Position numbers and translations under genes: made by a program
Origin: a virus
Lineage: Duplodnaviria; Caudoviricetes
Length of the DNA stretch: 62,223 bases
Virus record (IMG/VR): IMGVR_UViG_3300009507_002699
Span: 1-62,223 of that record
Strand: one strand, 5' to 3'
The notes under the pieces: generated by a model
Database searches by the model: none
Seen by the model: only the letters and a program-made list of their open reading frames with translations
Told to the model about the DNA's origin: nothing
In this document: positions 62,222 to 62,223 of the stretch, piece after piece
How the letters are laid out: every line of letters begins with the position of its first letter
Numbering within the stretch: the stretch's first letter is position 1

Positions 62222-62223
62222 TA

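Noticed and set aside
1-62223. Stop-codon reassignment, as seen in some large phages
   Set aside because: Genes are full length and densely packed under the standard code, and TAA, TAG (38485) and TGA (62221) all end genes.
1-62223. Cellular contractile injection system or T6SS locus, and tRNA, rRNA, intron or intein elements
   Set aside because: gp55, gp46/gp47 and T4-type late promoters indicate a phage. Intergenic gaps are mostly too short for structured RNA genes, and no intein or intron signatures were recognised by eye.

Overview
AT-rich fragment of a large T4-related (myovirus-type, probably jumbo) dsDNA phage genome using the standard genetic code. It has three parts. (1) 1-4667, minus strand: late sigma factor (gp55-like), gp47/gp46 recombination nuclease, a SufE Fe-S sulfur-transfer gene, a small hypothetical gene and a truncated GIY-YIG nuclease, driven by two near-consensus sigma70-type promoters. 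(2) 4761-39468, plus strand: contractile-tail baseplate and fibre module with gp48/54-like, gp53, hub, gp5 with a C-terminal GH19 domain, NlpC/P60 hydrolase, PAAR, gp25, gp6, a 4939-aa giant structural protein, three fibre proteins sharing an N-terminal domain and a paralogous pair. T4-type late promoter boxes (TATAAATA and variants) punctuate this module. (3) 39520 to the window end, plus strand: a tightly packed island of about 22.7 kb of modification enzymes starting at its own sigma70 promoter. It encodes DxD glycosyltransferase-like proteins, a GT-GT-(23-aa repeat)-methyltransferase fusion, eleven radical SAM enzymes in three architectures, two QueC-like PP-loop ATPase domains (one fused to a radical SAM), an SGNH hydrolase, a nitroreductase and a 2OG-Fe(II)-like oxygenase. 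This island is the most unusual element and its substrate is unknown. All calls rest on motif recognition by eye, with no database searches.
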